DNA from: Anthoceros angustus
Lineage: Eukaryota > Plantae > Anthocerotophyta
Assembly (NCBI GenBank): GCA_010909165.1
Contig: MU008161.1
Coordinates: forward strand, 1,798,001 to 1,862,000
Length of the DNA stretch: 64,000 bases
Direction: 5' to 3'
The notes under the pieces were generated by a model that was not told the origin of the DNA, did not search any database, and was given only the letters and a program-made list of their open reading frames with translations. The position numbers and the translations under genes are program-made. This document shows, piece by piece, positions 62,601-64,000 of the stretch; the first letter of the stretch is position 1; each line of letters starts with the position of its first letter.

Positions 62601-64000
62601 AGGACTGAGGTGAGAAAGCTTGGTGTGATACCCCTTATCTTCACTCAAATTTTGTAGCTGCCTCTGGTTGTGCAGCTGCCTCAAGTTTGGAAGCTTTTCT
62701 CTTGTACATTCAGGTTCTATCCTTTCTTGATGATATATTTCCAGCACTATTCCGGTCACTGTCAGACACCTCAGATGAAGTAAGGCCACTATCATGTGCT
62801 TGCAAATATCCTTGCGGCGTGTTGTTGCCATCTGCTAACATTTGAGGTCATGCAACACAGGTTGTTCTACTAGTGCTGGAGGTACAGGCCGGCATAGCAC
62901 AGGACCCCCAGCACTTCCGCCATCTGATGGTCTTCTTGCTTCATAAATTCAACAATGAGCCAGCCTTGCTTGAAAAGTAGGTTTCTGTGCCTGCGCAGAT
63001 ATACTGGTCAGACAAGATCACATGACAAGTCGTTGCTGTGGGTTAAAGTTGCCTAGTTGTGTGACTCCCATATGGTGTGTGTAGACGAGGGATTCTGGCC
63101 ATCCGACGACTTTGTGTCCTTCTAGATGCAGAGAGAGTGTACAGAGAGGTTGCAACCATTCTAGAAGGAGAAGCAGATCTGGAATTCGCATCTGTGATGG
63201 TTCAGGTGCGAAAGTTATGCTTTTCTGCTGCTAATTTCATCAGAGGGTGAAGTTTTCGCCTTTGAGTTAGCATCTGTGCCCGCTGGTTGTGTTTGCTTGA
63301 AAAATTTCCGTCCTCTTTGGTGCATCAGGACACACTCATGTCAAAAGCAAGTCTGAGCCTGATTATGAAGTTCATTTTGGATTGGAGATGTGCTTGGAGT
63401 GTCCTAGTGACACACCACTCTGTCTTGTGAGTTGTTACTGGTGTGGTGGAACATCAGACTTGTAAAAATCTGGGGAGGATGGGGTATCGCTGGTGACGGG
63501 TTTGAGCCACGCGGCTAACTGGATATGTTATCCCACAGATTTGGTATCTGACATGGTAATAGGGAGCATGTCACATGTAAAAGAAATTGTAAAGGACCAC
63601 TCTGATGTTCATTGTGTGTCAGTCAAATGTGGGGAGAGTGTATGGGACTTTGGTAGTTTCTGGTTGGGTTATGTTTGGGTCATCTCAATTCTAAGATCCT
63701 TGGTGCCTTTCTGGGTTGTTTGCAGGCATTGAACTTGATCCTACTCACTGCCGTCGAGCTGGCAGATCTGCGCTCGTTGTTGAAACAGTCTCTCACAAAC
63801 TCAGATGGAAGGGATCTATTTGTTGCGCTGTATTCATCCTGGTGTCACTCTCCGATGGCTACTGTTAGTCTCTGCTTGCTTGCCCAGGTATTTATGACAC
63901 GTCACTGATATTGAAATTTTTGAAGGCTGTGCTTGGGGTTTCTGGATCTGACCTGTTTGTTTCTTGCAGGCTTATCAGCATGCCACGTCAGTTATCCAGT
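59688..64000 (+). CDS. VAC14: VAC14 scaffold of the PIKfyve/FAB1 complex, 5' part (runs off the window)
   Basis: About 17 short exons: 59688-59777 ([18 protein letters not shown]), 60207-60320, 60481-60546 ([13 protein letters not shown]), 60674-60763 ([17 protein letters not shown]), 60851-60970 ([14 protein letters not shown]-type exon), through 63726-63887 ([20 protein letters not shown]) and 63971-end (AYQHA). Confidence 0.96.

Overview
Plant nuclear DNA with short GT-AG introns, GC-rich genes and AT-rich transposon debris. It is probably a non-seed land plant, judged only from intron sizes and PPR style, so this is low confidence. Genes in order: 3' part of a peroxisomal membrane ascorbate peroxidase, intronless NAC-alpha, two barwin/PR-4 paralogues about 10 kb apart, a DUF4050 (Gag1-like clamp) gene between them, an intronless GeBP/STOREKEEPER-like factor, a CRINKLY4-family receptor kinase (-), a tesmin/TSO1-like CXC (CPP) gene (-), a decayed PLS-class PPR pseudogene, an ankyrin-repeat protein with a C-terminal membrane domain, and a CYP85-clan P450 fragment. 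A roughly 10 kb transposon pile-up follows (truncated Copia with a nested solo LTR, a CACTA end with a Ptta-type fragment, a LINE 3' remnant). The window ends with a class I RNase T2 (-), CHIP (-) and the 5' part of VAC14 (+). I found no CRISPR array, tRNA/rRNA gene or clearly new multi-gene system. The best leads are protein-level: the CR4-like kinase has HKD for HRD and has lost the activation-loop GT; the PR-4 pair differs at the His implicated in RNase activity; and the ankyrin protein may have an unusual domain combination. Exon boundaries were read by eye and family assignments come from recalled motifs, not database searches.
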